Assembly: GCF_009914755.1 (NCBI RefSeq)
Contig: NC_060930.1
Reading direction: 5' to 3' (one strand)
From: the human T2T-CHM13v2.0 reference genome, Homo sapiens
DNA: 64,000 bases
Shown: positions 39,411 to 54,747 of the stretch, in pieces
How the letters are laid out: each line of letters begins with the position of its first letter
Position numbering within the stretch: position 1 is the first letter of the stretch
Notes under the pieces: model-generated
Databases searched by the model: none
Told to the model about the DNA's origin: nothing
The model's input: only the letters and a program-made list of their open reading frames with translations
Translations under genes and position numbers: made by a program

Positions 39411-39970
39411 GAAAAATATCAAGTGATAACACTGTACAACTATGTAGAAGTAAATTATTAGACATGTTGAACATAGTATAACTTTAGTAAATTTTAAAAT
39501 AAAGAAAGATTTTCTATAAATTTACCAAAGTTTTTACATGACTTTTGTTTGTAGCATTAATATAAATGTTGCATTTTTAAAGACACTAAATGAACACGTA
39601 TGGAATTAATAAAAACATTGATTCCTCTGAGCCCCTCAAAAGCCATATATTTTGTATATTTTTATATATAATATATATTAGAATATTCCTTTATTTTCTA
39701 AATGTTTTTATGATCAGTATATGCTTTAGCATATTTTGGCCTCTCATTCACAGCAGAAGCTCATTATCAGCACAAGAGTTGGCAGCAAAACTAGTGCTGA
39801 AAGATGGAGATAAGTAAGCTTCACACATCTTCTCCAGTTACATAAGTGAATGAATATCCTACTAAAAGTTGGATTTCCCTCACTTGCAGTTAGTGGAAAC
39901 CTAAACAACACAGATTTTATGCCTGTTTTGAGAGTGGATGCTATGTTTTTATCTAATTGGTGAATATTTT

Positions 39971-40042
39971 TTGTTTTATGTAATTACTGTTGTTTTATGT
40001 AATTACTATTACATAAAATGTAATTTGTTTTATGTAATTACT
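39971..40042. repeat. 18-bp unit x3 with an inverted partial copy
   Basis: TTGTTTTATGTAATTACT at 39971, 39990 and 40025; ATTACATAAAA at 40008-40018. Confidence 0.9.
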
Positions 40043-40134
40043 ATTGTTTCTAACAATAGACCAAAGACTAATAGACTTCAGAAGAAGGTGAAAATTGTTT
40101 TGTTAGTATTTTCATCATTCTACAGTGAGAAGAT

Positions 40135-40665
40135 CATTCACAATAGCCAAGATGTAGAAACAAACTAAGCGTTCTGCCATTTCCCATAACACTGATAAAG
40201 CTGGAGATCAGTATGCTAAATGAAATAAGACAGACAAACATACAAAAATATTACGTGATCTTTCTCATGTGTGGCACCATAGAAAGTAAAATATAGAGAG
40301 GCTGAGAATAAAACAGTGGTTAAGAGGGGTGGAAGTGGAGGAGTTATATGGGAAGATGTAGGCCAGAGAATATAAAATAGCAGATATATTAGATTAACAA
40401 GTTTAGACATCAAATGTATGATCATAGAAATATAAGTAATAAAACTGTATTATATTTGAGTACAGCAAATGAGTGGATTTTAGCTGCTCCTGACACAAAA
40501 ACAAAAATATGGGCAGTTATGTGAAATAATGTATTTGTTAATTTGCTTTACTATGTTAATCATCTGCATCTGTACGCTATTTACAAGTATTTTACTATCT
40601 ATATATATCCAATGACATCATGTTGTATACCTTAAATATAGACAACAAAATTTGTTTAAAGAAAG
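40135..40665 (+). mobile_element. L1MA-type 3' end
   Basis: 'attcacaatagccaaga..', 'atgctaaatgaaataag', '..acatcatgttgtataccttaaatata'. Confidence 0.8.
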
Positions 40666-40946
40666 AGAAGAAAAATATTTTAAAGAGGTTGTCTGTATAG
40701 TTCCTGTTTATATTTTTAGAGAAGTTGATCTAAATTCTCCTTCATAACAGTCACCTAAGATGTATATTCTTCTCTGTAGTTAATAAGCATGCAATTCTAT
40801 TTCTATCACCACCTGTTTAACCTGCAAGTCCACCATAATCTTGAACATTTAAATATTTATAGTATTAGAGAATTCTCATAAGTGAAATTATTATAATTTG
40901 AAATGCTTCCAATGAATTACTCAAATCCCTTATACTGTAATAATAA

Positions 40947-41286
<340 letters not shown>

Positions 41287-41752
41287 ATAATGTTTCTATT
41301 TTTATATTATCATTAATATAATTAAATTATATATAATTAATGAGATAGTTTGGATAAAATACCAAATATAGAAGAGATGGGTAAAGTCTTGAGTTAAAAT
41401 AGACTAGGTTATGTATTCAAATTTCAACAGCCTACCCCCAACAGAAATTATGGTTTGGAAATGGTACATACTTTATTTAAGTTAGTGGGACTTACTCCAT
41501 TCAATCATGTAAATCTCTCAGAATTTTTTTTAAATTAAAATATAAGTTGATGAAGAAATAGACTTCATCTAGCATACTATTCTATGTCCAGTGCATACCT
41601 AATGTCTGTAACATGTTACACATTTAATATTTGTTTGTTGAAGGAAAAGAATAATTATTGATTTAAAATGAATATAATAATAGAAATAGAGTGATAAGTA
41701 TTAAAATCTTGTTGGAATGGGAAAGAGTAAAAAAAGACCACATATTCTATTA

Positions 41753-42283
<531 letters not shown>

Positions 42284-45200
42284 CTAAAAAAGAAAAAAAA
42301 AAAGATATGAAGATAATTCAAAGTATGTGAAATGATATTTCTGGAGAAAGATTTTGTATCTTTCACTGTAGTAGTATAAGTATTTTTGAAATCTATAATG
42401 CATATATACAATTACCTGATTGCTTGAAGAAATATCCTTTCAACATATATGTGTGCCTTCTATGTGCTTAGCAGTTAATACTTTCCTCATGAGGTTTATT
42501 TTATAGAGGATCTTGATAAAATAATTAAGCATATGATAAAAATAGATTTCTTCTAATATATATAATATATACAAATGAATATAAGTTTATATTCATGGCA
42601 TAATTCTTAATGCATGTGTGTTTATTATTAAATTTTAATAAATCATACTATTTAGTCTGTTGAGGTAATCCTTAGTAAGAAAATCAGAGCTAATTTATCC
42701 AGCATTTTCTTTTGATAATAAATTTTTCAAAAATGATAAACTTGCTTTTTTATCTGTAGCATCAGTTACAAGGTCAAATGAATACATCAAAACTGTTACT
42801 GAGTGGAGAGGATTATAGTCCAGTGAAAAAAATAAAAAATATAAATTGAACCACAAGGAAATCCAGATTACAAATTTGATTAGTTTCTTGGTAGAAATGG
42901 CATAGCAACACATCCCTGAGTATTTTCCATAAAATGGCATATTCAGTTAACAAATCTATCCTTGTAGTTATAGATCTATTGTTCCTGTTTTCCCCTAAGA
43001 TTATAATTCATAGGCTATATAACTTGTAAGATTATTATAACTTAATGTTAAGTCTTCTGATTATAAATGAACATGTTTACTTTGTTTTTAGATCAAAAGC
43101 AATGTAATGTTTACCTCAATGATTGATGATGAAGCCAGAACATAATTCATTTGATATATAATAAAATCTCATACTACTGTTTCAGTTTAAAGATCATCAA
43201 CTTTTCCAATGTAGTAGAAAAAAAAAATACTCAGCAACCTGGAAAATGATCCTTGGATGTATCATTTGTACCTAATGAAAAAGAATCTATTGCTTTTGCC
43301 AGTGAGCTCTTTTTCAGTGTCACGTACAAAGATCCCTTAGGCCTCATCATGTTAGTATATCTGTTTATTCTTAGTTGAATCAGAAATGACAATGAGTCTT
43401 TTGTGAATCCACAAATATTCCTTAAACTATAAAATTACATGATAAATGTTATTATTATACAATAATAGTAGGTTGCTTCAAGTTTCAATAGGCTGAAATG
43501 CAGTCTCACAAACTCTTTTCAGATTATCATTGACTGAACAATCTTGAATTAAGCACCCAATACAAGCCTTGCACCATAAAATTATTTTTCCAAATTGTGT
43601 TGTTTTATTGTACAAAATGGAAATAACATGACTTATTACTTAGGAGACAGTATCTGCATCCAAGACCTGGTATTGGGTATAATGAGCAGGACTGAAGCAG
43701 AATAAAAGCTGTAACTTAACAAAACATAGAAATTTAGTGATGCATTTGAGCTATTAACTGTTCTGGTGAAAAGAGGTTATTTTGTTTCCTTTGTGTTCCT
43801 TTTATTTACATGTTACAAGTATGAGCTGATGCAAAGCAAATGCCAGGCTCAGGTGAAAGGTGATTAAAGGGACTGTGACACCCATCAGAGTATAGAAAAA
43901 GGTCAAATGGAAAATCATGTAGGCTTTTTCCAGTTTCCATCAACTGATTTATCATTTTTAATTCAAAAAATAACAAAATAATGACTGCTATAAAATTGAC
44001 ATTTCTAAAGAAAAAATAATTTTGTTATGAGTCTAAAGGAGTTTGTGGCAGCAGCCTATTTATATTATTATTATAATAAATAGATATTGTTATTGTTTTC
44101 AATTGAAACAGTTACTTAATTTCAAAATTTTCTTTTAATATAAGGTCTTTTAGGAGCACCAGTCATCAAGTTATAGCAAAATACAAAGTATAAGACTCTG
44201 GGATGCAAAGTTGAATAACAATTGTGCACATCTAATGGAAGCTCAGGTATTTGAATAGAAAGTTTGCAATGTAACATGAAACATAAAAGTACGGTATTTA
44301 AACAAGTATTGTGAGATATCAGTGAGTAGTTTATTAATTTTTCTTTGGAGAGTTAGTGAAGATGTCAGAAAAGAGTTTATCTTTGAACTGAGGCTAAAAT
44401 GGCTAAAAACTATCTAGAAATTTTATTTCTAGCAATAGAGCTCTTTAAGTATCTGAATTACCTCCCTTGCAAAAATAAAAGTCCCACAAACAGTCCAGGC
44501 GGTTGGGTGTGGGGATGGTGGTGGGGTTGGGAAACAACTCTTCTTAAATGCACCAGGGAGCTCAAAGAAATAGTTATCTTTCGAATCCTTGAGGTTAGGA
44601 GATTAGCGAGATGGAAAAACAAAAGCAATGAAGACAGCTTTCAGGCTTATGGCAATTGTTTATTTTGATGAACTTGAGCTTTAGATTTTCATTGCCTCCT
44701 GGAACCTAGGAATGGAATACAAAATTCACGGCATGCCCCACAGTAAAGGTTCATAGAAAATCCTTTTCATCTCAAGACTTAAGTGTTAAGAATGAGCCAG
44801 ATATAAGCCTTTCCATTTTCAGTCAACCACAAACCAAAGAAAAATGACTTTCTTGAACCTTCATAATATACAGAAAAGGAAAAATAAATATTATTGTGAA
44901 TGGTTTCCTCATTTAAAAAAATGTTGAAAAACATTAAGCATTTCTTTTCTCTTGTTCCTAGGGCTGGTTATGGCCCCCATTCGATTAAAATATAGAAATA
45001 TAGAAAGGGCAAGTCCCCAGACAGAGAACAGCTGGCCTGATGCTGGAGGCCATTATAAGATCAAACATCATTTTTATGTGTCTGAAAGCTTGACTACTCT
45101 GTCTTTTTAAATTACCCCAACACTCAGAGACACCAGGGCAAGCTAGAGGTAGTTGTTGGATTGTTTGAAGGAGAGAAATAAGTAGTGTATACGGAGTTAT

Positions 45201-46198
45201 GTTAAGATTTCTTTCTCTCACAGATCCTAATTTTTCTGCAGCACATGTTATAATAGATCTACTCTTGAATTGATTGCTGCTTGTCACAGAAATAGCACAA
45301 GGACTTGATTCACCTTAAGATAAATATGAAATGAGACTACATTGTAGACTCTGTAAAATTTCCCAGGGTCAGTATTGCAACAGGTAGGTATGCCAACCTT
45401 CATTGATTCTAGTCCAACAATATATATTTATTAATCATTTTTAATTTGTTTATTCAGTAAGTTACTTTATTTGTAGCCACAATATTTTACACAAAGTGTT
45501 TTACAAATCTTTGTAGCAATTACTTGAAATATAATATTAAAAGATTATAAAGATTAAAAATGATTTTAGATCAATATTCATGAATTTTAAAGTGGAAACA
45601 GAGAAAATTAAGTCATAAGGCATTATGCAATTGTTATTTTTAAACAATATTTTTATGTTAAGCTTTCTGGTGGTTAAAACTCAAAGGAAACTTATATTTC
45701 AAGACCTATAAGGGGAAAATACTTATTTATCATTTTGGGTCAGTGTTCTTGTTCTAACAAAGTACTTTTGTATTCCACAAGGTGAACCCATTGGCCCATC
45801 ACCCTTCTGTATGTACTTATCTTAGATGAGTGCATTTCCTCTCTATCAAGTCAAAGCCTCTCCTAATTTGGGACTTGACTATTGATTCTTCTATCTATTT
45901 TCCATATGGTCTTTCACAAGAATTTACATTTGAAAATGTTTGCAGCTTAATCATTTTACCTCCTTCTTCTCTATATAGTCTTTATTTTCTTTAGTATTTA
46001 TTAGCACTCTGTCCTTGCCAGCAGCCTTCCTAGAATGAGTATCTTTCCATCCCCTGCGCCATGCCACCATGTCAAATCACACCAAAGTACTGTTTATATT
46101 TTTTCCTTCTCAATATGTTTAAATAAGCATAATCTTCTTCATTCCAAGTGCCTCTATTCTTAGTCATTTCATACTATTCCTCTAATTGCCACTAAACA

Positions 46199-46260
46199 GA
46201 TATACTTTTCTAAAGAGTTTTCTAAAACTGATACACTTTTAAAAAGAGTTTTCTAAAACT
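46199..46260. repeat. 31-bp tandem duplication
   Basis: GATA(T/C)ACTTTT(CT/AA)AAAGAGTTTTCTAAAACT x2. Confidence 0.9.
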
Positions 46261-46294
46261 CTTCAATGGACCATAGCACTTACTGCATAAAACT

Positions 46295-47780
46295 ACTTAA
46301 CAAGGACCAAATACTTCCAAATTCATTCTACATGGCCAGTATTATCTTGGCACCAAAACAAGACAAAGACATATTTTTTAAAAAAAAAAAGACTGCAGAA
46401 CAAGATACCTAATGAACATTGATGCAAAATTCCTTAACAAAGTACTAGCAAACTGAATTAAACAACGTATTAAAAAGATCTTTCACCATCACCAAGTTGG
46501 ATTTATCCCAGTGATGCAAGGATGTTTCAATATATGCAAATTAATTAATACAATACATCATAGCAAACGAATGAAGGAAAAAAACACATATGATCATTTC
46601 ACTTGGTGTTGAAGAAGCATTTAATAAAATTCAACATCTCTTTATAATAATAACCCTCAATAATGTGTATGGAAGGAACATACCTCAACACAATAAAAGC
46701 CTTATATGACGGATTCACAACTAATATCATACTGAGTGGGCAAATACTGAAAACTTTTTATCTAAGTTCATGAACACAAGGATACCCATTTTTACCAGTG
46801 TTATGTAACATAGTGCTGGAAGACCTAGTTAGAGCAATCAGACAAGAGAAAGAAATAAAGGGCATGCAAATTGGAAAATAAGAAGTCAAGTAATCCTTGT
46901 TTGCAGATCATATGGCGTTATATTTGGAAAACCTAAGGACTCCACCAAAAATTATTAGAACTGACCACAAATTCAGTAAAGTTACAGGACACAAAATCAA
47001 CATATGAAAGTCAGTAGCATTTCTATATGCCAACTGCACAATCTGAAAAAGAAATCGAGAACGTTATTTCATTTACAACCACTACAAATAAAATAAAATA
47101 CCTAAAAATAAACTTAACCAAATCTCTACAGTGAAAATTATAGAACTTTGATCAAATAAATTGAATAGGACACAAGAAAATGGAAAGATATTCCATCTTC
47201 ATGGATTTGAATAATCAAGGTAATTAAAATTTCCATGCTAATCAAACAATCTACATTTTCAAAACAATTTTTATCAAAATACCAATGACATTCTTCACAG
47301 AATTAGAAAAAATCCTAAAATTTATATGGAACCAAAAATGACCCAGAGTAGCCAAACCTATCCTGGAAAAAAAGAACAAAACTGAAGGAATCACAGTACC
47401 AGACTTCAGATTACACTATAGAGCTATGATAACCAAGACAGTATCATATGGGCATAAAAATAAACACATGGACCAATGATACAGAATCGAGAACAGAGAA
47501 ATAAATCCATACAAGTACAGTGAGCTCATTTTTGACAAAGGCACCAAGAACATACATTGAGGAAACGACAGTCTCTTCAATAAATGGTGCTAGGAAACTG
47601 GCTATCCATATGTAGAACAATAAAACTATATCCTTATCTCTCACCATATACAAAAATCAAATAAAAATTCATTAGAGAATTAAATCCAACATCTTAAGGA
47701 ATGAAACTAACAAATGCAAACTTTGAGAAACTCTCCAGGACATTGGACTAGGCAACAATTTCTTGAGTGATACCACACCC
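46295..47780 (+). mobile_element. Internal L1 ORF2 fragment (L1MA/L1PB-age), no 5' or 3' end
   Basis: RT-region sequence 'atgaacattgatgcaaaa', 'tttgcagatcatatg', 'ctcttcaataaatggtgctaggaaactgg'; stops at ~47780 with no 3'UTR or poly(A). Confidence 0.88.
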
Positions 47781-48521
47781 TGGTATACATATACATTATT
47801 TTGAGAATTGCTAACTCATACATCTATATAGTGTTTAAGTTTTTTGTCCTTAATTTTACATTATCTAATCAAAATATCCTTCTTCAAAAACAGGTTAGTT
47901 GTTTTAATCTCAATCCCTTTCGGTGTGGTTAATATACTCATGTTTAGTTGCTATGGTTTGAAATTTATTTTGGGTTCATGTACATTCTATCTATTTTTTT
48001 ACATTCATACATAGTAAAATGTAGTGTTTCACAGCGCTTTAGGTTTTAACAACTGCATAGAATTGTGTATTCACTACCGCATTCAGTATAAAAAGCTGTT
48101 CAATCACCTCCTAAATATACCTTTGTGCTTCCCTTTATAATCCATCCTCCCTACACCACAAAATCTTATACGGACTTATTTCTGTTCCAATCTTTGGACT
48201 TATCTGAAGTTTATATGCATGACTAATCCATCTGCTTATCTACCTGTGTTCTCACACACACACACATAACACACACATACACACACACACACATAGGTGA
48301 TAGTAGAGTGCATGTCTATTGATGACTAGTAGTCTATTTTATGGATGTACCATAGGTTGTGTATCTAGTCACCAATTTAAAGACATCTAGGGCATATCTA
48401 GTTTGGGATAATTATGAATAAAGTTATTAATGAAGAGTATAAAGTTAGTAAATATGAATGTACTGATCTTTTGCAATTATACATTTTTATTTATTTTGTA
48501 TTAAGGATGGAGATTTCCGGG

Positions 48522-48985
48522 TATGATGTTCAGAGTTAGGTGTCAACCTTAGCAAGCTAAGGGATGTCCAGACAGCTGGTACAACATTGTTTCTGGGTGT
48601 GTCTGTCAGAGTGTTTCTGGAAGAGATTAGCATTTGAATCAGTAGACTAAATAAAGAAGATTGCCTACATTAATGCAGTGGACATTATCCAATCCATGGA
48701 GAGCCAAACTGAAAAAAAACGTGGTGCAGGAGGGCAAATTTGCACTCTCTTTTAGCTGGGAAATCGATCTCCTGCCCTTGAACATCAGCTCCCCTGGTTT
48801 TCAGGCATATGGCCAGGAACAGAATTATACCACTGGCTTTCCCAGTTTACTAGGTTGAAGATGGAAGATCTTGGGACTTCTTGCACTCCATAATTGCTTG
48901 AGCCAATTTCTATTCTCCCTCTCTCTCTCTCTTTGTCTCTCTCTCTGTATATATATATGTATCTGTCCTGTTGATTCTCAGAATC
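48522..48985 (+). mobile_element. MLT2C/D-type solo LTR
   Basis: 'ggtgtcaac...ccagacagctggt..aacatt.tttctgggtgtgtctgt...gaagagattagcatttgaatcagtagact'; (CT)n/(TA)n tract near 3' end. Confidence 0.85.
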
Positions 48986-49234
48986 ATAGAGTAAGTATAT
49001 TTTCAACTGTAAAAGAAACTTCCAACTATCTTTAAAAGTGACTGTAGTATTTTGCATTTCCACCAGCAATATAAGTTTCATTTGTTTAACGTTTTTTGCC
49101 AGAATGTGATATATCTGATATATATGTATAATATAAATATATATATATAATTTTTTTCTTTTTAAAAATTTAACTCCATGATGGTACCTCCTTATAGTTT
49201 TAATTGCTGTTTTCCTAGTAGCAAATGATGTTGA

Positions 49235-49608
<374 letters not shown>

Positions 49609-51374
49609 TTGCCCATTCTTAGTTGAGTTTTTATGCTCTTCTTACTGAGTTTTTAATAATTTAATAAATATTTAATAACGTTTTTATATATTAAGAATAA
49701 AGTATTCTGACAGAATTATGATATACAAATAATTTATCATATTTTGTGGCTTGTATTTGAATTATCTTAATGTTGCCTTTCACAGAAGAAAGTCATAAAA
49801 TTTAATAAAATACAATTTATCTTCTTCTTTTACAGATTGTGTTTAAAAGTTTTATCAAAAAATATATTGCCTTAAAAAGTTCACAGAATTATTATCTTAT
49901 TATTTCTTCTGGCAATTTTATAGCTTTAGATTTTTCTTTCTGGTCTATGTTTCATTATGTGTTAATATTTGTATCAGGTATCAGGTGTGATTTGAAGTTA
50001 AGTTGTTTTTCATGTGGACAGCCAATTGTTCCCACACAATTTCTTGAGAAGACTTTCCATTCTCCACAGAAATATCTTTGTGCTTTTGTAAAAAAATCAG
50101 TTGACCATATTTGTTTGGGTCTTCTTCCATGCTGTCGTTCGATCAACCTCCGTGTTTTTTATTTTGCTGCAGTTATACTCTCCTGGTAATGATTGTAATT
50201 TTGTAGTATGCCTTGAAATCAAATAATGTGAGTTTTTTATTTTTGCTCTTTAGTAGAATGGTTTTGCCTATTTACTAAGTTTAGAATCAACTTATCAATA
50301 TCAAAAAAAAAACCCACAATGATTTTTATTAGGAATATATTTTATCTATAAAACAATTTAGGAAGAGTAGTCATTATCACAATATTTAGTCTCCAGCCTC
50401 TCACTTTATTTTGGTCTATTTTGATCCTATTCCTTAGTGTTTTGTAGTTTTCAGCAAAGACATATTGTATTCACTTAGATTCATATCTAATCATTTTATT
50501 TTTGTTATCACTATATATTGTGCTATTTTTTATTTCATATGTTAATGATTCATTGGGAGTATATAAAGATATAATTGATTTTCATGCACTGACTTGGTAT
50601 CCTCTTTAATTTTTTAACTCATTTATTGGTTATAATACCTTTTTTCATATACTGTTTAGTAGACATTCATATTGTTTATAATACAAATATCTTTTTAAAT
50701 TTTTTAAATATGCAAGATTTTTCTAGAACTTCTATTACATTATTGAATAAGAGAGATAATAGAACTAAAGGGGGAAAGGCTCCAGTCATTTTTAGGTTCT
50801 ATATGATGTTGAATAAAGTTAATCTTTTTGAGTTGTCTTTATTCCAACTTAAAATTTCTCCTATTATTTGTAGTTTGCTGAAAATATTTATCATTAGTAA
50901 ACTTTGAATATTGGCAATGCCTTTTATACATCTGATTGATAAGGCTATAGAATTTCTTCTCTTCATTCTGTTAATATGGTGAGTTAAATTGATTGATTTT
51001 TGAATGTTGAACCAGCCTTGCATTTTTAGGATAGACTCCTCTTGGTAATGCTGTATTATTTATTTTATATGTTACTTAATGTGATTTGCTATTATGTTTT
51101 GAAGATGCTTGCATCTATTATTTTTTTCTTTTCTTGTGATATTTTGCTGTTTTATTAAATTCATCTTGGCCTTATAAAGTGAGTTGGACAATGTTCATTC
51201 ATCTATGTTTTGAAAAAATTGGGTAGAATTGGTGTTGCTTCATTCTTAAAAAGTTGATATAATTCACCAATGAAATATTCTGGGCTTGGAGCTTCCCTTG
51301 TGAGAAAGTTTTTAACTAGTTGCAGTTTCTTCAATAGGCATACAACTGTTCATGTTATCCATATCAAACACATA

Positions 51375-51630
51375 TTTTAGGCAGGAAGTGAAGAAAAAAG
51401 AAAAAAATAATGTGTCTTAGCTACCTGTCTCAATTTTAAGAAGCATTATCAGTAATCTAATGCAAACAATTCAACTTATATTGAGCAGAAATTAATTTCA
51501 TGATCATGTCTCAAAACATGGGAGTCTGTGAAATGTAATATTTTAGCTTGACACATTGCCACAAATATAAGTGTTTGTTATTAGGAAGGAGTGAATAGTA
51601 TTGCTGAGACAACTAGAATTTCCTCCCCCT
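51375..51630 (-). mobile_element. MLT1J-like LTR fragment
   Basis: 'gggagtctgtgaaatgtaat..tttagcttgacacattgcc...ttaggaagg.gtgaata..attg...gacaactag'. Confidence 0.6.
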
Positions 51631-52324
51631 CAATAATACAGTAATTCAGACAAGGCAGACTACTATATAGCGGTTCTGAAGTACCAATGAGTTAATCTTA
51701 ATTAGATGTTCAGTAAAAGGAAATTTTAAAATGGGGAATGAGCTGAGAGTTAAAAAATACTTTGAGCATCATAATTACATTGTGGTAGTATGAGAGTGAA
51801 TGAGAATGTTCAGACAGAAAATCTAGACCAATAAAATATAGTTAATGAAGCATTTTGTCTAAACAACAACCAAAGCTAATCCTGAGGCATACTGCAATAA
51901 TTAATTTCTACTACATACTAGATAATTTCCAGTGGAAACCTCTTACGACTCCTGAAACATCCAAGATTATAAGTCACAGAGGACAAATTAGTATATGTAA
52001 AAAATGGATAGACTTTTTTTGAAGTTCTTATTTATAGTGCAGTAACTGTAATGTGGAAATCTAGAATGACACAATCTTTTATTCCTTTTTAGGCCCAATG
52101 TTCTCAAAATTTGACCATAGTATGCTATTATGTGGATCTTTTTAATTTATGTTGTTATACTATTGGGGGCATCTTCAATATTTTATTTTATTCTTATTTT
52201 TTATTTCTTCTGCTTATTTTATTTGGACATTATATTATTTCAATATTTTACCTCCCAGCATCTTCAGAATTGGTTTTCTACTATTTTCTATATTTCAATT
52301 TTTAATTTCTTTTCTATTTAGTTA

Positions 52325-52693
52325 AATTCTATTTTTATTTCAATTGCTTTGCTTTAGGGGTACAAGTATTTTTGGGTTACATGGATTAATTGTACAGTGG
52401 TGATGTCTAGGGTTTTAATGCATCTGTCAGCTGAATATTGTACATTGTACTCAAGATGCTTTTTTTGCATCCCTCACTCCCCCTCCTTCTCCCCACTGTG
52501 AATCTCCAATGTCTATTATACCACTCAGTACGCTTTTGTGTACTCATAGCTTAGCACTCACTTAAGTGAAAACACGTGGTATTAGATTTTTCATTCCTGA
52601 GTGACTTCACTTAGAATAATGGCCTCCAACTCCATCCAAGTTGCTACAAAAGGCATTATTTTATTCTTTTATTTTGGTTGGGCAGTATTCCAT

Positions 52694-52738
<45 letters not shown>

Positions 52739-53155
52739 TTGTATATATAAAGATACAATTGATTTTCATGCACTGACTTGGTATCCTCCTTAATTTTTTA
52801 ACTCACTTATTAGTTATAATACCTTTTCTTTTTTCACATTTTTATGCGTGTGCAGGTATCTTTTTAATATAATGAACTCTTTTCCTTTGGGTAGATATCC
52901 AGTAGCCAGATTGCTGGGTCAAATCGTAGATGCACTTTTAGTTCTTTGAGGAAGCTTCACGCTGTTTTTCACAGAGGTTGAATTAATTTATATTCCTACC
53001 AAATGTGTGTAAGTGTTAATTTTACTCCACATCCATGCCAAAATCTGTTATTTCTGTGACTTTTTAATAATAACCATTCCGATGTGTGAGAAGATATCTC
53101 ATCATGGTTTTAATTCACATTTCTCTGATGATTAGTGATCTTCAGCATTGTTTTT
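52325..53155 (-). mobile_element. L1PB4-like 3' end with (GT)n and a foreign 84-bp insert
   Basis: 3'UTR homologous to 14075-14850; (GT)~20 at 52696-52737. Confidence 0.88.
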
Positions 53156-53587
53156 TAGAGACATTCTACCCTTGGCTAATGGGGAGAGTAATGTTTCTTA
53201 TATTTGAAAATATTATTTATATTACATAAAAATGTTTCCTTTTCTTTTGCTCTATGTATTTCTGTGCTATATATTTGTTTATTTGTATTTTTGTCCCTGT
53301 TATTTTGTAAGATCTTTTGAAATTCTCAGTTAACCTTGTATAGTTTTTCTTACACATGGGTGAACCTTTGTCTGCTTATTCAGATTTTGTCAACTGGTGT
53401 GCATAATAAAGTGATCTAATGAGAATTCACCATTTTCAGTGAAGGATTCTCAAATACCAGAGTTGGAAATACATACTTCTCAGGCTTACTCATTTTTTTT
53501 TTTTTTACAGAAGAAATTCTCTCTTATTACTAAATGGGTTTGAGTCTGAAAGTCAGCATTGTAGAAGCTAATAAAAAAAGGAGGGCT

Positions 53588-53895
<308 letters not shown>

Positions 53896-54684
53896 TTATC
53901 TCTTTTGTCAGGACATGTTTTCCCAAAGTTTGAAATTTCTCCTGTTCAGATTTCACTAACAATAAACCTATCCTCTGTCACTGCAGAATAGGCAATCGCT
54001 AGGCTGTTTGACTTAGACAGAACATATTTGAGATCCAAATATGTCTTCCATGTCTTCAATAATTCTTCTACCAATTCTCCTCTATTTAGTCCCTTTCAAT
54101 TACACACTTTTAAAGACACTGTTACCTAACATTGTTGAATTTTGTAGCACGAAGGTGTGTGCATATTTGTTGTACTTCTCTACTGTAGGCTACTGCAAGA
54201 AAAAAAGAAGCTTTAATTGTAAGTCAACTATCATTCATTCATCCATGGACCATCTTAAAGAATAACTTGGCATTCATCATTTGCTGTGGTCACTTTTAAA
54301 TTCTTTTTGCTCAATCTATTTGTAAGGAAAATGGATGTACTGTGGTAAAGAATAGGTCAAGGCAGACATCCGGTCTAGCATGACTCTGCAAGTTTGGAGC
54401 ACAGACGCACAACTCCACTCATTGTGTAACCATGCCACGTGAGGCACATTAGGTGATCACACACATGAGCTTGTGCTTGGCTCAGAGCCACTATTTTCTG
54501 TAAAGGTATAATTACCCTGCTAACACTGTACATACAGGTCGTGCCCAGGCTTGCACCCGGGCTTGCTTGCACTCAGAGAGAGAATAAAGCCATGTCTAAA
54601 CTGTTTTCGATTCCTCGAGTGTTTTTCCACCTACCTGCCACTCACCCACCAACTCCCTTTGGGCCTCAGTTAGAACCTGACAAT

Positions 54685-54702
54685 TGGTGTAACGAACAGG
54701 AT
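54685..54702 (+). promoter_or_regulatory. Primer-binding site, tRNA-Ser-like
   Basis: TGGTGTAACGAACAGGAT 2 nt after the LTR; resembles the Ser PBS TGGCGTAGTCGGCAGGAT. Confidence 0.65.
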
Positions 54703-54747
54703 CCCAGAGTGAGTGAGGCTTTGGTCCCCACTGATTCCAGGTTGGCC

